From Candidatus Poribacteria bacterium (lineage in GTDB: Bacteria; Poribacteria; WGA-4E; WGA-3G): a stretch of DNA of 64,000 nt. The stretch spans positions 928,001 to 992,000 of the forward strand of contig CBDANF010000003.1 of assembly GCA_965197475.1 (NCBI GenBank). Direction: 5' to 3'. Position 1 is the stretch's first letter. Each line of letters begins with the position of its first letter. Shown here in pieces: positions 20,464 to 29,500 of this stretch. The position numbers and the translations under genes are program-made. The notes beneath the pieces were generated by a model, which searched no databases, was not told where the DNA came from, and saw nothing but the letters and a program-made list of their open reading frames with translations.

Positions 20464-21425
20464 TCCACTTCCATTGCATCGGCAAAAACATCCTCAAGAG
20501 AGTGCCTTACCTCTCTCAATTGACGAAGTTGGACACCCGTTTCATGTGCCAACTTAAAGAAAAATGTTCCATCAGTCTGCTCTTGTTCGTTTGATGTCAC
20601 GCGGACGTGCCCATCTGGTCTTAACTCCGTATCGTAGGGATAAGGTTCTAAAGCAGCAACGTAAGCATCGCGGTCACCTACAATTTTCAGATCAAACGCT
20701 TGCCCGTGATTTTTTCTGAGTTCTTCTATCTGTCCTTGGACGACAAGGCTTCCATGAGACAGTGCCATTACGTCCTTACACGCGGATTCAACATCTGGTA
20801 AGAGATGTGAAGATAACAGGACATCTATTCCCTTATCCACGGCAATGTCTTGAACGAGCAAAAGCATCTCCTCTCTTCCAGTTGTATCCATGCCATTTGT
20901 GGGTTCATCAAGCAGTAGCAACTTCGGATCATGCACTAAGGCTTGTGCTAACTTAACACGCTGCCGCATACCTACTGAATATCCGCTGATAGGTCGGTAG
21001 CGTTCTTCATCAACACCGACATAATATAGCACTTCGTGTGATCGCTGCATCGCATCACGCGACGGCATGCCGCAGAGTTGACCGGCATAAGCAACAAGTT
21101 GAACGGCATTCATCTGAGGGATTAAGCAATCATCTTCAGGCATATATCCGACCTGTTGTCGGATATATGCCTGTTCGGTTTGCACATCCAATCCGAACAC
21201 TTTTGCTTCACCTCGGCTCGGTTGAATAAAACCGAGTAGCATCTTAATCAACGTGCTTTTTCCTGCGCCGTTAGGGCCCAGTAATCCAACAGCACCACCC
21301 TCTAATTCTACAGATAACTCGTTTAGCGCAGGATTTGTGCCAAAAAAGACTGATACGTTTTTTATTTCAATTAGCATTTTGTTTATGGATATGCCTATTT
21401 TATTGAGACAGCATTGAAAGCACAC
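20460..21425 (-). CDS. ABC transporter ATP-binding protein
   Basis: GPNGAGKST, YSVGMRQR, LLLLDEPT and SSH. The start is probably at MLIEIK. Confidence 0.92.
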   Translation of the reverse strand: MCFQCCLNKIGISINKMLIEIKNVSVFFGTNPALNELSVELEGGAVGLLGPNGAGKSTLIKMLLGFIQPSRGEAKVFGLDVQTEQAYIRQQVGYMPEDDCLIPQMNAVQLVAYAGQLCGMPSRDAMQRSHEVLYYVGVDEERYRPISGYSVGMRQRVKLAQALVHDPKLLLLDEPTNGMDTTGREEMLLLVQDIAVDKGIDVLLSSHLLPDVESACKDVMALSHGSLVVQGQIEELRKNHGQAFDLKIVGDRDAYVAALEPYPYDTELRPDGHVRVTSNEQEQTDGTFFFKLAHETGVQLRQLREVRHSLEDVFADAMEVE

Positions 21426-21454
21426 TTACAAAGCGCGCCTACAAGCAATGTCTA

Positions 21455-22570
21455 TTATGAATAAATTCGGTTTACGCGTTTTCCTATATTTGTTAAGATT
21501 TCATACGGAATTGTATCGGCTCGTTCAGCTATTTCACCAATTCCGATCTCTTCATTCCCCTGTTTGCCTATCAACACGACTTCATCACCAACAGAGACGT
21601 TATCTGAAAGTTCTAACTTAACCACCATCACATCCATACAAACACGACCAAGAATAGGGCGGCGCACCCCCCTAATTAACACCTCACCGATGTTAGAAAG
21701 TGTTCTCGTATAACCATCACCGTAGCCAACTTGTATGCCTGCCACACGGATTCTGCGCTGTGCCTTATATGTCAATCCGTAACTTACACCTTCACCTATT
21801 TCAATAGAGTCTACCCATCCGACACGCGCCTTCCACGCGAGCGCAGGTTGCAACTGAATCGGTTTTTCCTTTGCGGGATAGATCCCGTATAGACTCAAGC
21901 CGGGACGGACAGCATCAAAATGAGATTCCAGTATCGCAAGAGCCGCCGCGCTGTTCGCGACATGTTTCAGCGGCACATTGGAAACACTCGTAAACACGGA
22001 AGAAAACCTGTTTAGTTGAAGATGTGCAAAACTTTTATCTACCTCGTCTGCTGTTGCAAGGTGTGTAAAAATACCTTCGATTTCAAGCCCAGGCAGTGTT
22101 TTTAGTGTTTCAAGAAATTGTGCTGTTTTGGTGTAGTGAATCCCACTTCGATTCATTCCGGTGTTAATATCAACGTGAACTTTTACTTTTTTTGTAGATG
22201 TAAGTTGCAATCGGGTCTTACCATCTTCTACTACTTTGTTCAACTTTTGCGCTAAAGTCAAATTATCAACCGCCGGAGTTAACTCATAGGTAACGATTTC
22301 TTCTGCACAATCCGGCAAAGGACTAAACAGAATTAGGATTGGCTTATGAATTCCTGTCTGACGCAGTTCAATGGCTTCGTCAACTGTTGCTACTGCAAAC
22401 ATATCCGCAATTGTTTGCAATGCCTCTGCAACAGGAATTGCACCGTGTCCGTAGGCATCCGCTTTCACAACAGCGATTAGCCGCTTTCCTGTGTGCGACT
22501 TTATCGCTTCAGCGTTGGCTCGAATTGCCCTCAAGTCAACTTCTGCGTGTGATTGGCTACTTGATCCCAC
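21455..22570 (-). CDS. alr: Alanine racemase
   Basis: AVVKADAYGHG, TGMNRSG, VRPGLSLYG, GYGDG and GRVCMD. Confidence 0.96.
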   Translation of the reverse strand: MGSSSQSHAEVDLRAIRANAEAIKSHTGKRLIAVVKADAYGHGAIPVAEALQTIADMFAVATVDEAIELRQTGIHKPILILFSPLPDCAEEIVTYELTPAVDNLTLAQKLNKVVEDGKTRLQLTSTKKVKVHVDINTGMNRSGIHYTKTAQFLETLKTLPGLEIEGIFTHLATADEVDKSFAHLQLNRFSSVFTSVSNVPLKHVANSAAALAILESHFDAVRPGLSLYGIYPAKEKPIQLQPALAWKARVGWVDSIEIGEGVSYGLTYKAQRRIRVAGIQVGYGDGYTRTLSNIGEVLIRGVRRPILGRVCMDVMVVKLELSDNVSVGDEVVLIGKQGNEEIGIGEIAERADTIPYEILTNIGKRVNRIYS

Positions 22571-22587
22571 AACTATTTCCTGTCGCG

Positions 22588-23343
22588 TTAACGTATTTCT
22601 GACAGAGTGCCTTCAACCCCGATCAACGTCAGTTTCTGTAACAACCATGCATCTTCCATTACGTTCACGATCTCCAGCGTAAGGGTAAGCTCATAATTCC
22701 CCGGGGCAGTAAGAATTGAGGAAACATCTACTTCATCTGCAATTATTAACGGTCCGTCGGGCTGTACGGCACCAATTGCGCGGTCTCGAATAACATTCGT
22801 CCCGTTGATAGCTATACTCAAAAACGCGCCTGCGCGCGCTGTCTCCTGAAGTATTTCATATCGCAACGTGATGTTCTCACGAAACAGTTCTTCAACGTTC
22901 AACCGATATGTCAAAGTCTGCGTGAAGGTGTTCCCTTGCCAATAGCGGTTTGGCATAACAACGATCGCATGACCGATATTTACTTCAATTCGAATGTCCT
23001 GACGTTTAGTTATTGTTCCATCAGACACTTCAAGGGTTATCATATAGGTGCCAGCCGATTCAGGTGCAACATAAACAACGCTTGTCCCATTCCCTGTAAT
23101 CCTTCCGCCGCTTGCGTCCCATTCGTAAACCAGCACCGCAGGATCCCCAGAATAGTTTACCGATGCTGTGATGGTTGTAGTATCACCAATATTGAGTGTT
23201 TGAGACTCGGATTCTAAATCAATATCAAGCATCTCCTTATCCATGCTCAGCAAGTTGTTTGTATCACAAGCTGATATTAGACTGGCTGCACACAATAAAC
23301 AGAGGATTTTAAAATAAAAAAATTGGGTGTTGTAGATTTCCAT
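22588..23343 (-). CDS. PKD/Ig-like domain lipoprotein
   Basis: Lipobox ISAC; YEW...G...V.Y.AP...GTY.ITLEVSDG. Confidence 0.7.
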   Translation of the reverse strand: MEIYNTQFFYFKILCLLCAASLISACDTNNLLSMDKEMLDIDLESESQTLNIGDTTTITASVNYSGDPAVLVYEWDASGGRITGNGTSVVYVAPESAGTYMITLEVSDGTITKRQDIRIEVNIGHAIVVMPNRYWQGNTFTQTLTYRLNVEELFRENITLRYEILQETARAGAFLSIAINGTNVIRDRAIGAVQPDGPLIIADEVDVSSILTAPGNYELTLTLEIVNVMEDAWLLQKLTLIGVEGTLSEIR

Positions 23344-23548
23344 TAATTCTATTATACTATAGAGACTGAATTTGTGCTATAATTAAAAGGTTTTATGTAG
23401 ATGGATCACATTGCATACTTATAGTTTTGATTGGCAAATTGCAGAACTAATGTTTTTGTGTATTTGCAGTCAAACGGGATTTTGATAGAGTTTAAAAACA
23501 TTTGTTTCTTAAAAATAGCGTTTTGGTTGATTTCAAAGGGAATTCAAA

Positions 23549-25297
23549 TTGTTACGTTTTCCGAATCCTGGATCAGACATTAACAGTTTCATCAGAATAT
23601 TCTACGAGATTTTTGATGCCCTAAAGGATCGAGAATCCTTTTCTTTAGATGACATAACATCAACTCTGGTTGAGCGCAACCTAGCTACTTCCTGTGGATT
23701 TGCTGGAGAAGAAGCCCTTTCACACTCAACACGGAAGGATAGGAGCCGTGATCCTTTGTATAATCAGTCCAAAATGTACTCTGAACTATTCAAAATATTA
23801 GGTTGGATCCATCCATTCAAGGGGAAACAATTAGACTTCCAATTTACTTTTTTTGGCGCACATGTCGTTAGGGCAATACAGGATCCGGCGGCGATTTTCA
23901 GAGAATCTGCTTTAGGAGTTGCTTATCCAAATGAAATTTTAGATGTCAAAGGTAACCACCAACTAAGACCATTTGCAACTATATTACGAACATTAGGGGC
24001 ACTAGACGGTTTGTTAGCACGCGATGAATTAATAATTGGTCCGATGTGTCTAGATAACGATCGAGACGATAATCTTTTCAGTAACATGATTAAGGAAATT
24101 CATACTTTAAGAGGTTATTGGAAAGCTTTAGATAACAAGATGAAAGAAATTGCCAACCAAAGAAACATTAAACCAAATACAATGAAAAATTACACACGAT
24201 TCCCTTTAGCAGTGTTAAGATGGACAGGTTGGACAAAAGATGAAACCATAAAAGTCATTTATGATAAGGCAATAAAATTTGACAAATTGACAGAAAAAGG
24301 GAAAATGGTTTTAGAATTTCTTGAAAAATGTAAAGATATTAGAAAATTCGATTTGGAAAAAATCAACAGAGAAACAAAAAACGCTATTATCCGATTCAGT
24401 TTTTATCAGATGTTAGAAAGAGCGGGTTTTGATACTGCTCCCGTTGATTCCATGCTTTCTAACGATAAAACTTTAATCACAAGTTACTTAGGTTCTGAAA
24501 ATCGTCCTGTCCTTTTTTCCCCATTCCAAGAAATGTCATCTGATTACCTACTGAATATTTTCCCCAATCCGTCAGGAAGCGAAACAACTCAAGCACGCCA
24601 AAAGTTGATTGCTTCAACTACTAATGTCGAAAGACGTGAATTTCTGTACTCTAATGTAGAACTTAAAATCAGTAGTGCATCAGATCTGAAGATTGTTGAA
24701 CCTGCCGATTTTAGGAACAAAATGCTGAATCAGAATATTGACGCACCGATACTGAATTTGTTCGAAATGGCAATTACAAAATATAGAAGTCTTGATCCTG
24801 CAATTGAACCTATTGCTATTCAATATTTAGATGCCAATCAGGATAAGTTCTATCCTCTGATTGTAAAACTGTTTAATGCAATTGGATATGATTGTAAACT
24901 TTCTCGGCCTGGAGTAAACTATGAAAGATGGGATGCAATGATTATAGATAAACAGCACTCTATGCCAATAGAGATTAAGTCTCCTGGAGAAGAAATATTT
25001 CTATCAGTCAAAGCTATCAGACAGGCATTGGAAAACAAAGTGATCCTACTTGCTAGGTCCGCGTATCCAACAAAGTTCCACGACACATCTCTCGTTGTCT
25101 GCTATAATTTGCCTAATAACCGGTCAGAAGTAAATTCACTGATTAACGATATTTTTGAAACTTATAAAATAGTAATTGGAGTGATAGATTTTAGATCTTT
25201 ACTAAAAATTGCTGGATCACAGTTATTTCTGACAAAACAACATCGTAAAGACCAATTGGAAAAGTTACATGGTATCATCAAATTATCGAATTCTTAA
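23549..25297 (+). CDS. Putative restriction endonuclease large subunit (N-terminal recognition region + C-terminal PD-(D/E)XK)
   Basis: C-terminal RWDAMI...PIEIK motif; low GC; clustered with two DNA methyltransferases. Confidence 0.75.
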   Translation: MLRFPNPGSDINSFIRIFYEIFDALKDRESFSLDDITSTLVERNLATSCGFAGEEALSHSTRKDRSRDPLYNQSKMYSELFKILGWIHPFKGKQLDFQFTFFGAHVVRAIQDPAAIFRESALGVAYPNEILDVKGNHQLRPFATILRTLGALDGLLARDELIIGPMCLDNDRDDNLFSNMIKEIHTLRGYWKALDNKMKEIANQRNIKPNTMKNYTRFPLAVLRWTGWTKDETIKVIYDKAIKFDKLTEKGKMVLEFLEKCKDIRKFDLEKINRETKNAIIRFSFYQMLERAGFDTAPVDSMLSNDKTLITSYLGSENRPVLFSPFQEMSSDYLLNIFPNPSGSETTQARQKLIASTTNVERREFLYSNVELKISSASDLKIVEPADFRNKMLNQNIDAPILNLFEMAITKYRSLDPAIEPIAIQYLDANQDKFYPLIVKLFNAIGYDCKLSRPGVNYERWDAMIIDKQHSMPIEIKSPGEEIFLSVKAIRQALENKVILLARSAYPTKFHDTSLVVCYNLPNNRSEVNSLINDIFETYKIVIGVIDFRSLLKIAGSQLFLTKQHRKDQLEKLHGIIKLSNS

Positions 25298-25388
25298 GCA
25301 AAAGAAAACATCCAAAAGACTAAAAACAATAGCAAAAGATATCGCAATGAGTAGTTTTGGACTTGAAAATTTTTCTCAAATTTTTTAC

Positions 25389-25417
25389 TTGACAAAATCC
25401 TGCCAGTATAGTATCCT
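25389..25417 (+). promoter_or_regulatory. Inward sigma70 promoter of IS copy B cargo operon
   Basis: TTGACA-N17-TATCCT; the -35 lies in the conserved subterminal sequence shared with copy A. Confidence 0.7.
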
Positions 25418-25425
25418 ATTAACAT

Positions 25426-25507
25426 CACGAAAACTTTGGTAGAGAATGTTACCCGCGTCGCAAGGCGCGGTCTCTACCATAACCAAGTAACATTGGAAAG
25501 TTTCGTG
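25426..25507 (+). ncRNA. Putative pseudoknotted structured RNA (cargo-operon leader, copy B)
   Basis: CACGAAAACUUU-GGUAGAGA-AUGUUAC-CCGCGUC-gcaa-GGCGCGG-UCUCUACC-auaaccaa-GUAACAU-ugg-AAAGUUUCGUG, with a GNRA tetraloop. Confidence 0.75.
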
Positions 25508-25628
25508 TGTATAGTTCTCGTGAACCAAACAGTTAACATCATATTTATAGAATCAGCGACATAATAATCGCTTTGCATTTAGCTTATTACATCGCTGAAA
25601 CCACTCCCTTTTACACAAGGAGACTATT

Positions 25629-26003
25629 ATGTCTTTGTTTTCAGATTGGAAAGAACGCAGGAAACACAAAGATAGAGATAAGTGGCTTATAAGGGAATTC
25701 CCTCGTCTTGCATTGACACATTATGAAACCTTGCGTGATCTAAACCCTTCTGATACTCCCAAAAAGCAATTGTATGAAACGATTATTAGAGGGTTTGCTC
25801 TCACCTTTGGTGTGCCCAATGAAAAGCGCGATGAATTTACCGAATGCATTTTGCATACAGCAACTCTTGGTGAACCATCTGAACCTTTTGGTTTACGTAT
25901 GATTGTTGTCTCACTTATATGCTCGACATGGAGCTTAAAGAGTGAACTATCTATTGCTGTAGCAATAACCAGCGTGTCAGAAGTAATCCCCGAATACTTA
26001 TAA
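25629..26003 (+). CDS. IS cargo protein, 124 aa, unknown function
   Basis: AAGGAG SD; no recognisable motif; unrelated to the copy A cargo. Confidence 0.65.
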   Translation: MSLFSDWKERRKHKDRDKWLIREFPRLALTHYETLRDLNPSDTPKKQLYETIIRGFALTFGVPNEKRDEFTECILHTATLGEPSEPFGLRMIVVSLICSTWSLKSELSIAVAITSVSEVIPEYL

Positions 26004-26058
26004 CAACTCTGACAACGAGGGGACCCTGTCCCCTCTAACTCCAAAGGAGATTAAAATC

Positions 26059-26331
26059 ATGTTTTTCGTTGAATATACCGAAAATAATGAAAGAAAAGCA
26101 TTAAACTTGGCTATGTGTCAGAGAATTGAAACTGAAGAACGCCACATAAGCGCAAAAAGTAGTTTCTACATCTACATACATCACAAAGAACGCGCAAAAA
26201 TGGTGTTAGAATTCAAATCAAAAGAGGAAATGTTAACCACTTTTGATAATTTTATGGACGCACTCAACCGGTGTCAAGCTCACTTGTTTTCCCAGAATGT
26301 TTTGTCTGAGGAACATTATCGGCAGTCCTGA
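26059..26331 (+). CDS. IS cargo protein, 90 aa, unknown function
   Basis: AAAGGAGA SD; weak similarity to 16983-17255. Confidence 0.65.
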   Translation: MFFVEYTENNERKALNLAMCQRIETEERHISAKSSFYIYIHHKERAKMVLEFKSKEEMLTTFDNFMDALNRCQAHLFSQNVLSEEHYRQS

Positions 26332-26493
26332 ATTCTTCAACATACCTGTGAAATGCATCGATGAAATATTCAGCAACGATACAAAATTCTTCAAAGAATT
26401 CTGTTTCAGAAAGAGCAGATCTTGAAGGACTATCACTTTTCTTATCTAGTCCGTGCTGACTCAATACATCTGCCATAGAATCTCTAACTTCTC

Positions 26494-27375
26494 TCACAAC
26501 ATACTTTCGTTGACAAACTTGACAAACAAGCTGTCAACGCTCCTATAGTTATACTTATAGCACGCTTCCGCCACATACAGCGGTGTGTATCCTGTCTGAT
26601 AATGGTGATGCTGTCCATACCAAGCCCGTTTGAGTAGTGACCAGAACCCTTCAATCGTGTTTGTATGTGTATCACCATCAGCAAACTGCACCTTGTGGTT
26701 GATAACAGCGTGCTTCATTTCCTTTCCAATAGCGTTGTAAGCCTGATACTCATCGGTTATTAGTTCCGAGTCCTTTAGGTTTACAGCACTCCGAATAAAC
26801 TCAAGGATAGTGCGTCCTGTGAGGTTATGTGCCACCTGTGCGACAACCCTACCCCCACGTTGCACTGCTCCTATTATAGCAGTTTTCTCCGTTCCTCTGC
26901 CACGTTTATGTGGTTCATCATCTTCACGTTTGTTCTTTTTACGAGGTTTACCGCCAATATAGGTCTCATCTGCTTCAATGATACCTTGTAGTAAAGCCCC
27001 GCCTTTCTTTGCCATTTCAGCACGAATACGTGCCATCATAAACCATGCTGTCTTTTGATTCAAGTCTAAATCGCGCGCCAGTTGATGCCTTGACAAACTT
27101 TTCTTCGCATTCGTTATCAACGAAATAGCCAAAAACCACTTCTGTAACGCTATCTTTGTCCCGTGAAACACCGACCTGCACGTCACCTTGAAACTCACTT
27201 GGCACTCGTGGCAGTTCCAACGACCGATACGACCGATTTCTGTTTCTGTCCGTTCTCCTATATGATCGCTTTCACAATGCGGACACACAGGTTTACCTCG
27301 CCAACGAATCTTCTCTAAATGTGCAATACAACTCTCTTGATCGGGGAAACGTTCCATGACCTTGATTAAATCCAT
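26494..27375 (-). CDS. IS1595 transposase (copy B, 293 aa)
   Basis: Same motifs as copy A; N-terminal ~110 aa nearly identical to copy A. Confidence 0.93.
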   Translation of the reverse strand: MDLIKVMERFPDQESCIAHLEKIRWRGKPVCPHCESDHIGERTETEIGRIGRWNCHECQVSFKVTCRSVFHGTKIALQKWFLAISLITNAKKSLSRHQLARDLDLNQKTAWFMMARIRAEMAKKGGALLQGIIEADETYIGGKPRKKNKREDDEPHKRGRGTEKTAIIGAVQRGGRVVAQVAHNLTGRTILEFIRSAVNLKDSELITDEYQAYNAIGKEMKHAVINHKVQFADGDTHTNTIEGFWSLLKRAWYGQHHHYQTGYTPLYVAEACYKYNYRSVDSLFVKFVNESML

Positions 27376-28597
27376 CAGATAACTCCTTGAAATAGGAGTT
27401 GCTTTTTCTGACGGATTTCTGATATAATATCAGATAAGATTAGAACCTTCAGAAAGCAACTCTGCTTTTTGGGTTAATTGGGAGGCTACAACCTCCCTTT
27501 TTTCTTATCTATATTATACCATATAAACCTTGTCTACACAAGGGTTTATCACACTTTTTCACATGTTTTTTGCAAGTCCAAAACTACTTACTGTGAAAGA
27601 TATTATTCCTATTTCAATTGAATGGGGCGAGAGTGCAAAACAACCTATAATAAAATTTTCTGACGGTGGGCAGGTATTAGGTTCTTGTATCCACTGTATG
27701 AATCCGCCTTGTATTGAATATACAGGTAACGAAATTTACTCAGAAACATTTCGGGAGTTTCCTTCAGATAGAAACTTAGAAGTATGTCCAACTAAAGCAA
27801 TAAACTGGCCTCAGGACAACGATTCCCCTACAATAGATAGTGAAGCATGTATCTTCTGCGGTATATGCGTTAGCCGCTGCCCCGTTGCAGCAATTTACCT
27901 TGACTCGGAAGTAGGAACAGCTATATTAAACGATCAACCAAACGAGTACTTTCTACTTCAAAACGAAGAAGTTTCTGAAAAGGTTCAAAAACCTTTACTT
28001 CAGAAGTTTTCGCAAATCTCTGAAAATGGAATTTTCCTATTAGAAAACGAACACATTCTCCAGCAGTTCTTTGAAAAATTTAAGTCCGTCGCTACTGGAC
28101 AAAGTACCCAGTTCCCTAACCATCTTGTTCGCAACTTAATGATAGAGTTAGGTATTAATACATTGATGAGTCGGCGTGGAGACACTAATATTCGAATGGA
28201 CATTGTTTTTGAACAAATTGGAAAAACTTGCGGAACATGTGAAGTGGAATTAGGCAATGGAGTACTAGATGCGCCCAGAAACCTACTTGATAACGTTGCA
28301 GTTTTGGTATCAAGATACAAAATTAGCAAAGAGAACATTTTGCCGTTAGTCGTGACTTTTTCATTACCTAATCACCGTTCAGAATATTGGAATGTAATAA
28401 AAGATATAAAACAAGTGTTAAACCTAAAAATTAATTCTCTGACTGTTGGGATGTTAGTTTTGTTGGTTTGGAACAGAGTTAAAGTATCTCTCGATTCAAG
28501 TGAGATCTTTTATGCTGACTCAGAACAATATTCTGTAAGGGAGAAATTTGAATCTGTACTTGGAAGAGAACTAAATGTTACAATGGGTTATCCTGGG

Positions 28598-29500
28598 TTA
28601 CTGGAAAGCCAAAAGTAGATTTGAGTTGGACTCCTTCCAGTCGTAAATTCTTTTCTCGGCAATTTCAACATACCGTGGGTTGAGCTCAAACCCTAAATAG
28701 TGTCTGCCTTCCATCAATGCTGCTAAACATTCAGTCCCACTGCCAGCAAAAGGAACGAAAACCAAGTTGCCTTCCATAGAAAAATGTTTCACGATCCGCC
28801 TTGAAATTGACAAAGGTTTTTGGGTAGGATGATCCACCTTTTCATTTGCAAACCTGCGACCAGCTAGTGTTGGAAATTGCCAGACATCACCAGCTAACCT
28901 TCCTTCTGGATGCGGCTGCCACACCTTACCATTCTTACTAATCTTATGCTTTAGACGTTCCTGACTCTTATAAGGTTCGCGAATTGGTTTATATATAAAG
29001 TCGTTAGTTTTCGTCATCCAAAGAAGAGGTTCATAATGAGCAGCGGGTTTTTTAGTGTAGCCAGAAAAACCGTTTTCATAATTCCATATAAATAATCGAC
29101 CGTACTCCATTCCCATTTCCATTAAGTCAACCTGTAAATAACAAATATACTTATGGATACCATAGACAAATAAAGAACCATTTTCGCTCAAGACTCGATA
29201 GCATTCTTGTAACCATTGCTGACACCAGTCCCGCCAGACAGTTAAATCTTCAAAATATTGATTTATCCCGAAGTCTTTTCCTATATTATATGGCGGATCT
29301 GCTATAATTAATTCCGCAAATTGATCGGGGATTTTTTTTATAAGTTTAAGAGCATCGCCCTCAATAATCATATTTTTCATATTACTAATGGAATACTTGA
29401 AATAACAGAATATACTGATGATGGATATTGGGAATATAACAAAACGGGTACCCGTACGGATAAAGTTTCTTATTAGGCTGTTCAAGCATTGAAACTCCAA
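28598..29500 (-). CDS. Amino-DNA methyltransferase, beta class (DPPY; m6A or m4C)
   Basis: ADPPYN precedes HPTQKP and PFAGSGT. The start is probably at MKNMIIEG (~29380). Confidence 0.9.
   Translation of the reverse strand: MEFQCLNSLIRNFIRTGTRFVIFPISIISIFCYFKYSISNMKNMIIEGDALKLIKKIPDQFAELIIADPPYNIGKDFGINQYFEDLTVWRDWCQQWLQECYRVLSENGSLFVYGIHKYICYLQVDLMEMGMEYGRLFIWNYENGFSGYTKKPAAHYEPLLWMTKTNDFIYKPIREPYKSQERLKHKISKNGKVWQPHPEGRLAGDVWQFPTLAGRRFANEKVDHPTQKPLSISRRIVKHFSMEGNLVFVPFAGSGTECLAALMEGRHYLGFELNPRYVEIAEKRIYDWKESNSNLLLAFQ

Larger units (their letters stand above)
25343..27595 (-). mobile_element. Cargo-carrying IS1595 transposon, copy B (2253 bp)
   Basis: IRs CGCAATGAGTAGTTTTGGACTTG / CAAGTCCAAAACTACTTACTGTG; perfect 8-bp TSD AAAGATAT at 25335-25342 and 27596-27603. 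Confidence 0.93.
25269..28618 (+). pseudogene. Putative restriction endonuclease second subunit with 2x[4Fe-4S] domain, split by IS1595 copy B
   Basis: ATG 25269 overlaps the large-subunit end. Joining across the TSD gives MVSSNYRILKQKKTSKRLKTIAKD-IIPISIEWG..., followed by CIHCMNPPC...CP...CIFCGICVSRCP and a C-terminal RMD...CEVEL. Confidence 0.8.

Noticed and set aside
25426-25507. Assignment of the pseudoknot RNA to a known riboswitch or ribozyme (preQ1, SAM-II, pistol, twister, hammerhead), or as a guide matching the target site
   Set aside because: The diagnostic conserved nucleotides I recall for those classes are absent, and the variable segments do not match the TSD or flanks.
15873-27595. 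Composite transposon or inversion formed by copies A and B
   Set aside because: Copy B has its own perfect TSD, so it inserted independently; the outer flanks of A and B do not match.
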